From positions 35,092,001 to 35,156,000 of the forward strand of contig OZ360249.1 in the NCBI GenBank assembly GCA_977017645.1: 64,000 nucleotides of DNA. Direction: 5' to 3'. The stretch is from Torpedo marmorata (Eukaryota). Positions within the stretch are counted from its first letter, which is position 1; each line of letters opens with the position of its first letter. Both the position numbers and the translations under genes were made by a program. Under the pieces are notes generated by a model. That model was not told the DNA's origin and ran no database searches. It saw nothing but the letters and a program-made list of their open reading frames with translations. This document shows, piece after piece, positions 50,868 through 64,000 of the stretch.

Positions 50868-53800
50868 ATTCAATCTGCCGAGTATTGTGACTCTGACTCG
50901 TCTTTAAATAGGTTGCATTTGTGTGCTCGAAACCTTTGTCTGGGTTTGCGAGCAAAGCTTTTTCAAGCAGACCCAGCGATAGTTCAGGGTCACTGGCAAT
51001 TTACTGTCCTATTACTATAAAGCACAGTACCGCAAAGTATTCAAGAAATAAGAAAATTGGAATGCCTGTTAAATACTACCTTGACGTTTTTCCTCTCTTG
51101 CAACTGAAGAGTTCAGTTCATTTGAATGGAATTATATTCGGACATTTCAGCGACACAAATGGCGCAGAATACACCATGTCAAACAACAACTTTCATAGAA
51201 TATATTTCAACGTAATTAAACATAGAAATGCTTGCAACAAACATTTCAGTAGCTTACTGGTGCATTATATATACTGTCTCTAAATCGCTATATGACACCT
51301 TTCTGCAGTTAGTTTGTGCTAAAGTACATTGGTCAATATAATGTCCAGTTTGATTTGGACAGATTTTATTACAAACGAGATACCCTTTAAAGCACTCAAT
51401 TGCGCAGGTTTGTGTTTAACTTTTGAGGTGTTTTCATTGGGTTGATTCGTTTTGATAAATATAGTTAAATGTTAACATTTCAATGAAATGTTCCGAAACT
51501 AATATGAACAGAATCCATTCGTCAGATCTGGAAGAAGGTCCAAACTTCTAATATCAATAGGCAGAAGACAGAATTAGGCGTCATATGGCGATATTGCATG
51601 TAGTTAATCCGTGTAGTATCCTTTCAAATATGGTTATTACATCGGTAGCTAGCAATAATTTATTAACATTGTGACTCATACATTTTATATATTGATGACA
51701 TATTATTCAAGTGCATCTTTTTGCTGCCTTCAAATAATATTCAAAATCTGGTAAACATTATGAACAGTTGCACCGAAACGTTAGCGGATTTATGTTTTGC
51801 AAATTGAATAGTAAATAAGCTTCAAAAAAGTTTCTGCGAAAATATTGAGAATATTATTCTTTGAATGTATGACAATCCAGGCATGTGTCATTATAGTCGA
51901 GCCGCAATTAAAAAAGTTTCAAACTTCTGCTGATGAAGTGGAAATCGTACGTGGAATAAAACAACCAAATAATGTTATATTCTTCCAAAATATATGAGTA
52001 AAGCAAGTGTTAGTTTACCATTAAATGTTGATTGATTTGGTGCACTTGACCAATACCCATTACAAATATTTGCAATCATGTTGTACCTAAATAGATATCG
52101 GATATTAGAAACGAAGCACATCATCATTGCAATCGTGGGTTGGTTCTTCCTTCCTCGGAGCCGATTTTAAATGAAACACCATAGAGTAATATTTAAAACA
52201 TTTAATCCACAATATTATTTGTCGTAAATTTAATTTGACATGCTGACTATAAGGCTCCAACAAGCATATATTTTCGGTGCTTATACCGATTCATCTGTTT
52301 TGTACAAAAAAATCCAATTGCAAGGCAAATCATGTTATTTATACGTTACCCAGGCACGATTTCCAAGAGATTAAAAAATGGCTGCTTTATGGCAGACAAT
52401 CAAGTGCCGCCATTCAGTTGTCGTGGATAAGTAGAACTGTTTATTACAAGTATCAAAAATAATTTCTAGACGGCAAATTTTAAATATGATTTGAAATTTG
52501 TATACAATTATGGAAATAATTAACTGGGTTGGATTTAAAGTTTATAACATGTGTTTGCCTGACATAAAGAAACATTTTAATTTATTGACGTATTACTGTA
52601 GATTATTGGGCATGCATGGGGAAATATGGTAGGTTATTTGTTTTGATAGTTCTGATCTACAACCCAAGAAGACCGGCCCATAAGGTTGCAACACACTTAT
52701 TGATCCAGGAGATATGTTTTAAATCCCAGCATTTATTGATCTTACATGCAACACCCACTATATTTTCTATTTGCATTGATTAATTTAGATGTTGATAGAG
52801 ATATTGTATGTACTTAAAATATATCGGAGCTTTCTTCTGCAATCCAATGTCCTTTGGAATGATTCTGCAACCCAGTCCTTTTTATGATGTTGAACATGCA
52901 TCATACACNNNNNNNNNNNNNNNNNNNNNNNNNNNNNNNNNNNNNNNNNNNNNNNNNNNNNNNNNNNNNNNNNNNNNNNNNNNNNNNNNNNNNNNNNNNN
53001 NNNNNNNNNNNNNNNNNNNNNNNNNNNNNNNNNNNNNNNNNNNNNNNNNNNNNNNNNNNNNNNNNNNNNNNNNNNNAGGCTCGCCGTTCTTTTAATTTCT
53101 GTTTTTCTTTATCCTTTCTCTTTCACCCTGAAGATCCGACGATTAAACCATGCTCAGAGTGAATAGATTAAGTCGGATCTGAGGTTGGAATCCCGGCCTA
53201 GCACGTGACTCTGAACAATTGCATTTATTACAATATCAGGACAATCAAACGTAAACCAAGTCTTATTAAAACAGCAAACCTACTGTATTCGACTTGCACT
53301 TGAACGAATCAGTATGGTCGAGGCGCTGGTGTAATACACGATGAATATTTCACGTTATTACAAGGCATTGTTCAATATATTAATAAAGTAAAATGCTTGC
53401 ATGTATATTTTAGAACCAGTTACGACGCGACTGGGCTTATTAATAATACAGAGCATATTAAGACTGGGAGCAGTAAGGAAATTTGCAATATATTTGTAAT
53501 GGTAGAAAGAAATATTAATGCAGGAATTCTACACCTTGCACTATTTTAACCTGTGAGGCACAGAGCTGGTTTGTATCAGGGATATCTTTTATTAACATGT
53601 CTTCCGAAATAGTCTCAGCGACTTGATGTTTAATGCTGTTGAGCTGTCTGAAGGCAATGATCCCTCGACATTTTGGCGTGGACCAGTTCGTTTAAATTAA
53701 TTGAATTATTTCATTGGATACTTTAGACATGAGGAATATATAACCAGGACATTTCTAGAAAACATTTCAAAGATAATTCTACTAATGTTAGTGAAAACAA

Positions 53801-56800
53801 AAACTGCACAGCAAATTGCATGAATGCTTCACGGTCCATCGTTCTTTGCATCAGTATTAAAAGTAGCAGAACGTTGAGTCTCTTTGAGATTAATAGCCCT
53901 TAAAAAGAGATCCAGAAAGTAGTTCCACCATCTTCGTGATTCCAAATATTCCCAGCACTTCCAGCACGTAATATTGAATTCAAACGCCTCCTTTCAATAC
54001 AAGAGTAAGACAAGATTTACAACGTTTTTGTAAAGCCCCATTCTGTTAATGCTATTTGCCTTAATAATAGAAATCTTGCCGTAAAAATATATTAAACTTT
54101 TAAAATCTTTATTGCCAAAAATAGTTTGATTCCACTATATTAAATATCATCTGAATTATGAGGAAACTTGATGCACAAAAAAGGCTGGTCTTATATTCTG
54201 TATCTGGTACTTTAAAATGACAAATGTCTTGTCAAATGTAGAAAACCTATTCCATCTGGATCTCCGCAATTACTCATTCAGTGAAAAGCGGCTGGAAAGG
54301 TCTGACGGTGCGTCACATAAAATAAATTTGTAATGTAATAGCAAAAACGTAGGGATAATTTGCTGCTAATCGTCTTGTAGCATGGTGCCTGAGAGGAAAT
54401 CAGCTGTATAAAGAGTGAAAGCGGTCTTGAAAAGAAGAGAGAAGAGTTTATAATTAGCGTTGAGACAGAAAGCGTCATATTTTAAAAATCTTTATGTTGG
54501 AGTGCTATGTGTTTCTTGTTTTATAGTCCGGGGAGAGTTGGATAAGTGCCTGACCACTGAATTAATAATGGCCAGTTTCTAGGCTGCCTGTTCTTTTGGA
54601 GCCGGGGTTTATACTGTAATCATTAGAAGGCCCTCTGGCTACATGTTTTGCATTGGTGTAACACTATGACACAGTTGTAATACAAACTCCTCAGTCTTGC
54701 ATTTCATTTGTGGCAGCAAGTTTAACAGCAGTAGAATTCAACGTTACATTACTTGTATAAAAGTACCATTAAAATGTGCAAAAAGAGGGAAATACTTACT
54801 GGTATGTTTTTCAAACATTTAATCTTAAGTTTGCACCAAAACATTGATCGAATGCTTGCTCTAATGAGAGTTAGGTTTTGGTCCATATATTTATGTTTAA
54901 ATATCGCTGTTATATCATTTATAATGGTATATTAATAGAATTAATTGGTATTACATAACTTTGCAGCTAACTGTCAAACTACACACTCTTCAAGCAAAGG
55001 AATATTTTAATGTGAGCGGTTCAGGATCAGCACGTCAAAAAGGATGCTGCTGTTGGTGTCTAATAAAAGGTTCAATAATTTAATGAAAAGTTACAAAGGG
55101 TAACGATGTGTGTGTCATGTTTGAGAGACTGTTTGATCTGCTCCATGCTTTTGGAATGCACATCCCACAAATGACAGCGGGGTGGCGCTAATATCTGTCG
55201 TTTTCATGCCGTACTTTCAAGATGGTGCAACAGAGGTACAAGAGGACCTTACATTACTGAATTTGTTTTGGATCCATAAAATGTGATCAAACCCCATTGA
55301 TTTTTTTTTGCATCTTCCTAAAATAAAATCTTACCGAACCCATCTCGTTTGCATATTTGAATTGCAACTTAAGATCGTGGCGGGAAAGAGCGTGGCAGAT
55401 TTAAGTCCATTTAAAAGCAATAGTCAGAACAAATATTGACGAAGAAGGTGATATTTTGCACAAAGGAGTTTCCTTAATTTGATCCTGGTTGCGAGTCGTC
55501 ATTTTGTTCGTTTGCCAAGAATCTGGCTAACAATGGATTCTGGAAACTTGGTCAGTTTTTGATTTCAGTTTTGCTTTGTTTGAATGCAAGCCAGAGAGGA
55601 GAAACTACGCTGCTCTATTTATTTATAACTAAACAGGCTAGACATGCAATGACTGCGTTTACTGTTTCTCTTTCTAAGATAACCATATTTTCTCAGACAT
55701 AAGGTGCTAAAAACAGATACACACACAAACTCAACTATAAAACCAGTCCTGGATGTAACGATATAATTATTTCAGATTCATTGCATTACTAAATATTTCT
55801 CAAATATATAACTATGTAATTATAGAATGGCAGCAAAATAAGTATAATACATTAATCCTACCCCTCCCACACCCACACCCGACCCCACCATAAAAAAAAA
55901 CCAATGAACTGAGCATTTAATCTCGCTGTTGGCGTCCTATTTGCAAATGAAACAATTTACACGTTATTGCCTTGTATATGTTTTATTTATTTAAAGAAAA
56001 GTCTTGTACGAAAAATATAAACAAAGTTGCGCCACTGAAAGTTATTAGAGCCTATAGCAGTTGACTATAGTTAAATTAAATTATATTCTTAAACGATCAA
56101 AACTTACGAAACATGTTAAAATATTTAGTTAGTTGTAAGAGCAAACTAAACAATATGGTAAGAATTGCCTTTTAATCTTCATAGCTTTTATTTGTTTAAT
56201 TTTACCTTCTATAGATTGGTCAATGGAACATTATTTGTCGTCGATATATGTAAAACACTTTAGCTCTCAGTATAATTTCTTACATTGAACAATCGTTTGA
56301 TTTCAGTATGAGTTCGAAAATATTAACATCTCTGCGTTTGATTTTGCGGTACAATTGCGAAGTTAGCATTTCACGTTAGACAGATGCCGACCAATGTGAA
56401 ATTGGAGCATATCTATTCTCTTTTAAACCTTTGATGATGCCATTTGTTTTTATGTTATGTTTCATTGTGATGAATCTTTCGGAAAATCTACTGGAGTTAA
56501 TACCCTGTTAGGTACTAGGAGGCGCTGGTCTTTGAACAAGATTATATTCTGTAAAACTCAATTCTTTGTCTGGTGTTTCATGATGAAGGCAATAAAATAT
56601 TGCAAAATTAAATTTCAGGTAATGAAAAGTCAAAACAGTTTGTCTCATTTGCTACTCCATGAAATTGTTTTGCATGCAAAATAACTGTACAGTATTAGCA
56701 ACAACAACAACAACCATTGGCTTAATTGAATGCTGGATTTGGAAATATTTATTTAAAAGTTTTTATTAAATTTGGAGTGCAGATTTCCTGCTATTATTAA

Positions 56801-59800
56801 AGCGAAAACACTGTAGCTGCGCGTTTATTCTTTTAGTTTGCCGGTATAATATGAATTGAAAGGCATTCACTTGTGCACCAGTTCGTTCAGTGCAATACGT
56901 CGAGAACGTTGTTTGTCTGCTGAAATTTAAAGTGACATTTCAGCATTAAAATCTCTTAACTGTGACTAGTGAAGTCGTACCACGAATTCGTCCAAGGTCC
57001 TGATAACTAAAGAAGGAACAGGCGAAAAGGCTAATCAATGAAACCATGTTTTAACCACGACGTTAAAGGAAATTATAAATTGTAATTGAAAATAGCTGAT
57101 ATAACTCTGAGCACCAATCTAACCGTTTCAAACGAGTATCAGACAATAACCACCGCGGACATGCACAATTACAACATATTATTGTACTTCTGAACATTGC
57201 ACATTGAGATCGTTTGAGGTAATCAGAAGGGTTTTCTTTGTGTGTGTGTGTGGGGGGGGGGGGGTGGTGGTGAAGCGAGCAAAATACCCTGTTTTCATGT
57301 ACATGAAAATGAAACAAAGTTCGGAAACATAAATGCTGACTAACAATTCCTGATTAATAAAATGAAATCATATGCAATATGTAAAGTTATTTTAAAAGTA
57401 ACAAATGCACGAATTAACATGTAAAATTGCTTTGAAACGTCTTAACCTGCAAAATAATGATTTACACAGAAATATTACTTATATCAAATTAAATTTCTAT
57501 TCGCTGTATTGATATAAAGAATAGTTATGTTCCTAGGACAGGAGCTATTGTCAGAAAGTAATAACACATCCGAATGTGATCCTTTATGGTCTGCCTTATG
57601 AGCGTAACTTTCATTGAAGCTCTGTGATTTTTCTAATTTCCTGTTTCCTTATAATCTTCACAATTGTCAGGTTGTTACTGTCGCTGCATCAATATAGTAA
57701 CGGCCAGAGCAAATCAATTTGTTCTTTACATTATCTTCTTTACAGATTTCAAGAAAATGGACATATTTTCCTCATGAAACTCTATTTAATTCTAGATAAT
57801 TTTATATAAATAATGAAAAAAGGTAAAGTGACCAAGTGACCAGAGAGAAAAAATATTTAATCACGGTACAATACACTTCCAAGATGTACTATAATCCAAT
57901 GTTGGTTCCACATTTAAATGAGTAGTTACTATACCACATACTATACCACAGAATAAATATGATATGTATACATGCGAGTGTGTGCCAATCCAAAAATAAA
58001 GGAGAGTTTGACAAAATTCTAATGCAAAAATTACACTTTTTACATATTTGTTATGTTGACAAATGACACATATTTCACCAACAAGGTTTATTCGTTTGCT
58101 ACTTCTAATCGAATACAGTCTTCTGGGCAGAGACTCGCAAGTTCTGTTTCATTTAATTTAATTTGTAGATGATAAATATGAAATTATGATTATAGGCAGA
58201 TTAGTTTCTTGAAAATATCATGTCATTGGTGCTATTGATCCACTTTCAAAATAGCATTGACGCTAAGGTCAATTGGATGACGACTCTGGAAATAATTTTG
58301 CACAGTAGCAACTAAAACAAGAAAGTTATCATGCAGATCAGAAGAGACGCCCATCCCATTTTCTGGTCAACCGATGCAAGGTTTAGACCAATACCTTTAC
58401 AAGTCATTGAACCGTATTATTTAAATTATGTATAATGCTAACTATTATTATACCTTCATATTAATGTACCATAATATAAACTTAGCTTCAAAGCATTTGT
58501 ATACAAAGCACTCCTTGATTTATCACGTATTTTTTAGACATGTATTGTACGCCTTATTCTAAGGTATTACTTTAGTTCCGTAAAATGAAGAATGGATTTT
58601 CTGGAATAATCAGTCTCTGTAAAGAAAATCCCACAAAATTATCCCATGAAGTGTTTCATTTCCATTGTGGTCTAATGCTGCGATATTTCCATTAAAAAAA
58701 AACATACGTGTGGTAAATAGTTATTTTGTTATCACCATTGGGTGGCTGCAATGTGATCAGAAAATCTTTTATTTGAAACAGACTTCAAATGTTTTAGAAG
58801 TTTGCAGCTTGTATACGTCAGAAGTGCTCAATACATGATGAGATTCTGCAAGGCACCTGTTGAAAGCATTTATAGATAAGTTCCACTTCTGATTGCCCCT
58901 GCTGCTGGGATTCATTCCATACAATGTCTGTTCATTTGTATGAAACAGTTTCCACTGATTTTCTGTATTTGCACTAGAAAAAAGTTTAATTATTCGTTGG
59001 TCACAGATTTAAACTTAGCCACTGATTGAATTCACTTTTTTTTTAAATGGCACTACCCACTATTAAAAAGAACATCAATTTCAAACCAATGAGCAGTGAC
59101 TTTTTTATCAAAATATGTGCAGTATTTTTTTTCAATCCACAAATGTATGTATATCTACAGTAAAAGAGAACTAAATATTAAAACTGCGTAAAACATATGA
59201 CACCCATTGGAATTTTCTTTGACAGGTTGTTGTTTTCTTCCCTTTCGAAAAGTCCAAAAATGTATTCTGGCCTTTTTAAGTGTCAGCGTTGTGGAATATC
59301 GCCACTGCTGGACACCACAATCGCGGGAGTTCAGATGAAATTCGAACCCAATCAAAAATAAACATTTATTTTCAGTTCAAACATCTTTACAACGACCACA
59401 CCTCCCCCCCCCCCACAAACACAGATGTCAATGCCACAGGTGCTACAAAGGAATACTTACGCATGAAGCAGATATAAGTCGCCTGACACCAAAGTATATT
59501 GTATATTTGCGTGAAGGAAGTATTCCGCTCGGATATTTTCCTAAAACGTGAGAGAAACAGAAGTAAACAAGTTAATCTGAATTATTTATTCCATCAAGGT
59601 CGTGTCAAGAATAAACAGAATGTACATCGAAAGTACATCTGCAACGAATTTATGGTGGAATCGATGCACTTTCCGTTCTCCATTCTTTCATCTCCTTCTC
59701 TAACAGGCGAGTCCACAGAGATCTGCAGACTACATTTTTTTACTCAATATCCGAATGATGAATATCTGAGATCAAAACAAGAAAAGTGTATAGAATAATT

Positions 59801-62197
59801 TTAAATTTATGACGGGCAACCTTCTCAGCTTTACAATCTAATATACAGCATATTTTTTTAGCTTGCACCAATGATTAAACCAATGTTACGCAACTTAAAT
59901 CCATTGTATTCATCCGAACTTCAATAGATAGATATCTGAATCTGACAGACTTTCCAACACATATAGTAAAGGAACACAAATTATCGCTCAAATCGCTATT
60001 TCTTCTTTTCATTAAGAAAAAAAATAAAAACATAGACTTTCAAAATACGTAATAATTGGATTACATCCAGATATGTAAAAAGTTTTTAATGACAGATTTA
60101 AAAAAACACCAGGAACAATTCATATCAGGCTGCAATGTCCACTGATACATTGCGTGGTACGTTTCATAGAATTTCCATTACATTTTCAAAGCTTGTATTT
60201 TCAAGAACAATCCAACTTGATGCGATAACTGTCAAAAGTTCACATCAAAGACACAATATTATTCAGTTACCAGAGAAACTGTCTCCCCAGATAAGAATAT
60301 CTTAATTACTACGGCACAAAGGTAACGATTGTAAAAAAAAAAATCAGTTTTGAAAAGAGAGTCTTTCGGTCTATTTCTTTGATGGATTTCTATATCGGAT
60401 CACGATGAAGCTCTCAATCAGGGAACCCTGAAGTTCGCTGAACTCGGGAGCTATAAGTAAACAAGTTGTCAGATTGGAATAATCTCTCTTCTTTGGGTTC
60501 TGAGAAAAATTCGGCTTCACATTCTTAGATTTATCTAAATCTACTTTCTCCCCGCGCCGATAGTGGCGTACTTCGAGTCGTGGACAATAATGTGGCAATT
60601 GTTAAAGTTTTGTGACCCATAAAATTTCGGGGTTAGTATTCTGGCTATGGCATGTAATTATGCAAAACACTTTCCATAAAGACTTGCCATTCGATCTAAT
60701 GACATAGTCTACGGTCCAAACCTCTGTGTGTATGTGTACTCGTTGGAGCGGTGGTGATGGTGATTGGATAAGGGGTAAGGGGGCAGTACAGCGTTGGGAG
60801 TCGGGTTGGGGGGCGGGGGAGCAAGAATATTATATTTGCACCCAAATATTAAGCAGGCAGACTGACTGGACTCCAAAGTTGTAAACTATTGCTAACACCC
60901 GATATGACTGCTTCTTTTTTGAAGAGCATGTGCTCTACACCAATCTATTCGAATATGTATCTCTGAGCAATCCCTGTTTACTTCGCTCTAATGACAGTTG
61001 TTGATAGCTATAAGCGATCGGTGAGTTGCAGACACTTCTCTAGACTGACGTGAAATTGGCAGGTGCATTGTGGAAGAGACCTAACAGTTGAGATTGAATT
61101 AGTTGAAGAAATGAGCACATTTTGGAACCAATAATCAGAAAATCAAAGGTGGGGGGGGGGGGGAGGCTCTGACATTCAACAGGATCAAAGCTGTAAATCA
61201 CTGATTGTTTAATAGAACCGATTTTCTTCATCGAAGCAATAAAACGAGTTCTAACTTGTAATACAATCCGACAAGCTGAAACAGGGAAAACCAGTGCTTA
61301 AAATATAAGAAACAAATTCCCAGCATTGTAAAACACTTGCAATAATAGTTCAAACAATAGCAAATGAATACAACCATGGGCTTGCGTTCACTACTTAGGG
61401 ATCGATTTCTATTCTTCCGTTTCATCATCTCACCCCATCTCCTCGGGAAGAATTATATGGCTTCTGTACCGATTTAATTAATCAGAATTTAAAGCAAAAA
61501 ATATTAAGTTTTCTCATGTAGTTTTCTTTCAACATCCAGATGCCACAGGAAAGGATAGCAGGGGCAGTTCATTGTGAAGGAAAGTTGCTCTAACTTTCAG
61601 CGAAGTGTATGTATGTTAGGCAGGTGTACGGTTGTAGGATAAATTGCAGTCACATGTCTAATGCAATGAGCCGACGAGAATTCTGTTGGAAGTATTATAC
61701 ATTACTTTATCACACTGATGGGTGCACACTCTCGCTTTTAAAAATTTGGCTTGTCCTGAGAAACATCTATCCTAGCAAGTAAACTAATCACATTATTTAA
61801 CTGTACAAGATAAGCACGAAAACAAATGAATAGTACGTTATTTGCTGGTACCCTTGTTCATCTTCAATTGTGACGTCTCTTATAAGTCCGTCTGTATCCC
61901 ATACAATAATTTTGCTCACGTTTTAAAATTGCAAGACACGGAAACATTCATTCCCTACAAAATAAGGGCGCATTCTGAATAGTTATTACAGACTTAAACC
62001 TCAAAGTTACTTTGTCGAATATAAAATACTGTAGGTGACAGAGAGCGNNNNNNNNNNNNNNNNNNNNNNNNNNNNNNNNNNNNNNNNNNNNNNNNNNNNN
62101 NNNNNNNNNNNNNNNNNNNNNNNNNNNNNNNNNNNNNNNNNNNNNNNNNNNNNNNNNNNNNNNNNNNNNNNNNNNNNNNNNNNNNNNNNNNNNNNNN

Positions 62198-62285
62198 GAG
62201 AGAGAGGAGAGTGAGAGAGGAAAGAGAGGTAATGAGAGAGAGAGAGACAGAAAGAGAGGGAGAGAGAGAGAAAGAGAGAGAGAGC

Positions 62286-62326
<41 letters not shown>
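62198..62326. repeat. Degenerate (GA)n tract next to a gap
   Basis: Read directly from the sequence. Confidence 0.9.
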
Positions 62327-62327
<1 letters not shown>

Positions 62328-64000
62328 CTGCCAGGGGTCAGTCAGCCAGAGATTGCTTCTTGAGATCTTTCAAATTTCACACGTTTGAAGGCTTATAGGC
62401 TTAATGATTCGCATTTCAAAACAAGATCAGTGGATTCATAATCAGAAAATTGAGGTCTATAACTGGACTGTGTTTTGATGCAGGGAAATGTCGTGTAGGG
62501 TGAGTGAATTTGGAAAGCACTGTTCTGACACGACTCTGATCGTTGGGATGACGGGTCTCTGAGAAAAAAAGAGATTCCTGTCTGTCTTGTTGCCTCTCCA
62601 ACATCAAAGCCAGAGTTAGAGAAAATTGGAAATGAAATTAAGTAACCGACCAAAATAAAAGCCATATCCAAGTTTTCTTTTGAACCACGTGTTGTTTATT
62701 TCTTTAAAAACACAATTTCCACCGGTCTAAGGTCCGAAGGAAAAAAGAAATTAACATTGTGGCAATCACAACATGATATCTCGTATATTTCCAAATAAGT
62801 CGATAACCAATGACGTTTAAAGAAACATGCTTGTTTTCAAATCGTATTGTGTGGTGTAATTTGATGACGTCACCCGGCATCAGTTTAAAAAAGTTTGATC
62901 CAAATGTAAAATATCCGATTTAAACTTTAAATATTAAAATTACAAATGAAAAAAATTGCAAAATTAGCAGTGCAATAAAATGAAAGCAAAGACCATTGAA
63001 TATCAAAGTAATTTATAGTGCTTAAATGTTTGGAACCGAATTACATGTAATTTGTGAATTTAATGGAAAATTATAATTTATATATTAATTGGCATTAATA
63101 TTTTTCCAATTAAAATAGACCAAATCTGCAATTAATTAGTTATTATGCATAAGGTAAAAATATTGATACAACCTTGCAATTTTACCCTTATTATTCATCA
63201 CACCACATAGAAAATTCCTCATAAAGTTAGAACTTTAATGCTATGCATTGAGGGCATTATTCAATCTCCCATCCGTCATATTTCTGCAAAGATCCTACAA
63301 TTACAAGAATCTCACGAAAACAATAAGTTTATTGACCATGTTTTCAATTATGAAGGATACATTTAATTTTTCTAAAATATATATGTGTCCTTATTTTATG
63401 AATTAAACGCCTTGAATTGAAGGAAATAAAAATTGTGTTTATTTTCTAAGTACTCGGCTACAAACCAATAAATTGGGGATAAAAAGTCGGGATCTCTTTT
63501 TGCGGTATTTCCGAGGATTCCTGACACTGTGAGTGATGTATAGATGTGATATCAGAGTGAAAATGTCGGTGTGAAGCCGTTCTACTGATAGATTTATTAG
63601 TTGTATTGCTTATTTATTTTTACATAATTACAACTGAAAATAAGTTGATTAGCGATGGAAACTTTGAAGAAATACTTCAACTAAATGTAAACTTAAATGA
63701 AAATTGAAAGCTGGACTGAACACAACCCGATCTGAATAAATTGGAAGGGAATGTTCAAGGTAAAATTGAAGAATGAAATTTCGGATAGTTACATCGATAA
63801 GAAAATAAAACAAACGAGTTTGGATAGTGAAATTAGCGTACGCTAAGAGCAGGTTGGGAAATCATTGAAAACCGGGAATCTGTAAGGAACTGAAGGAGGG
63901 GGACACAGTGCTAGAAAGCGTAACATAATAAACAAGACGAGAAGCAGAGCTGACAAAGAATTTAACCAATAATCAGCAATGGAATGAAGGGGGAACACTT

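Noticed and set aside
57829-57842. TGACCA-AG-TGACCA as a DR2 retinoic acid response element
   Set aside because: The half-sites read TGGTCA, not RGKTCA, and there is no supporting context.

Overview
Vertebrate genomic DNA, most likely a cartilaginous fish (ray/shark-type V-SINE, CR1 and Penelope repeats), from a draft assembly with 7 short N-gaps. The only cellular gene is NR2F2 (COUP-TFII) on the + strand: three coding exons (36838-37249, 38031-38558, 39918-40192; 404 aa) with a readable core promoter (CCAAT, GC box, CArG, DR1 next to TATA), a long uORF-rich leader and a 3' UTR with recognisable miRNA seed sites. The window has two compartments. Bases 1 to about 24.7 kb are CpG-poor and full of transposon remnants (CR1, Rex1/Babar, L1/Tx1, Penelope, SINEs, hAT MITEs). 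From about 24.7 kb to the end the DNA is AT-rich but keeps its CpGs and is almost transposon-free. Best leads: (1) a 52-nt candidate upstream coding exon (32012-32063, MQIISDTEQRQLQAMMF), too short for the ORF track, that would splice in frame to exon 2 and give a DNA-binding-domain-less isoform resembling human NR2F2 isoform b; (2) a TSD-flanked 1.85-copy insertion of a 191-nt non-coding unit with a degenerate minimal hammerhead motif (retrozyme-like, 5293-5646); (3) a Rex1/Babar LINE flanked by a ~98-bp duplication. No prokaryotic-type systems (CRISPR, operons, rRNA/tRNA genes) were found. Family assignments and comparisons with human NR2F2 come from recall, not database searches.
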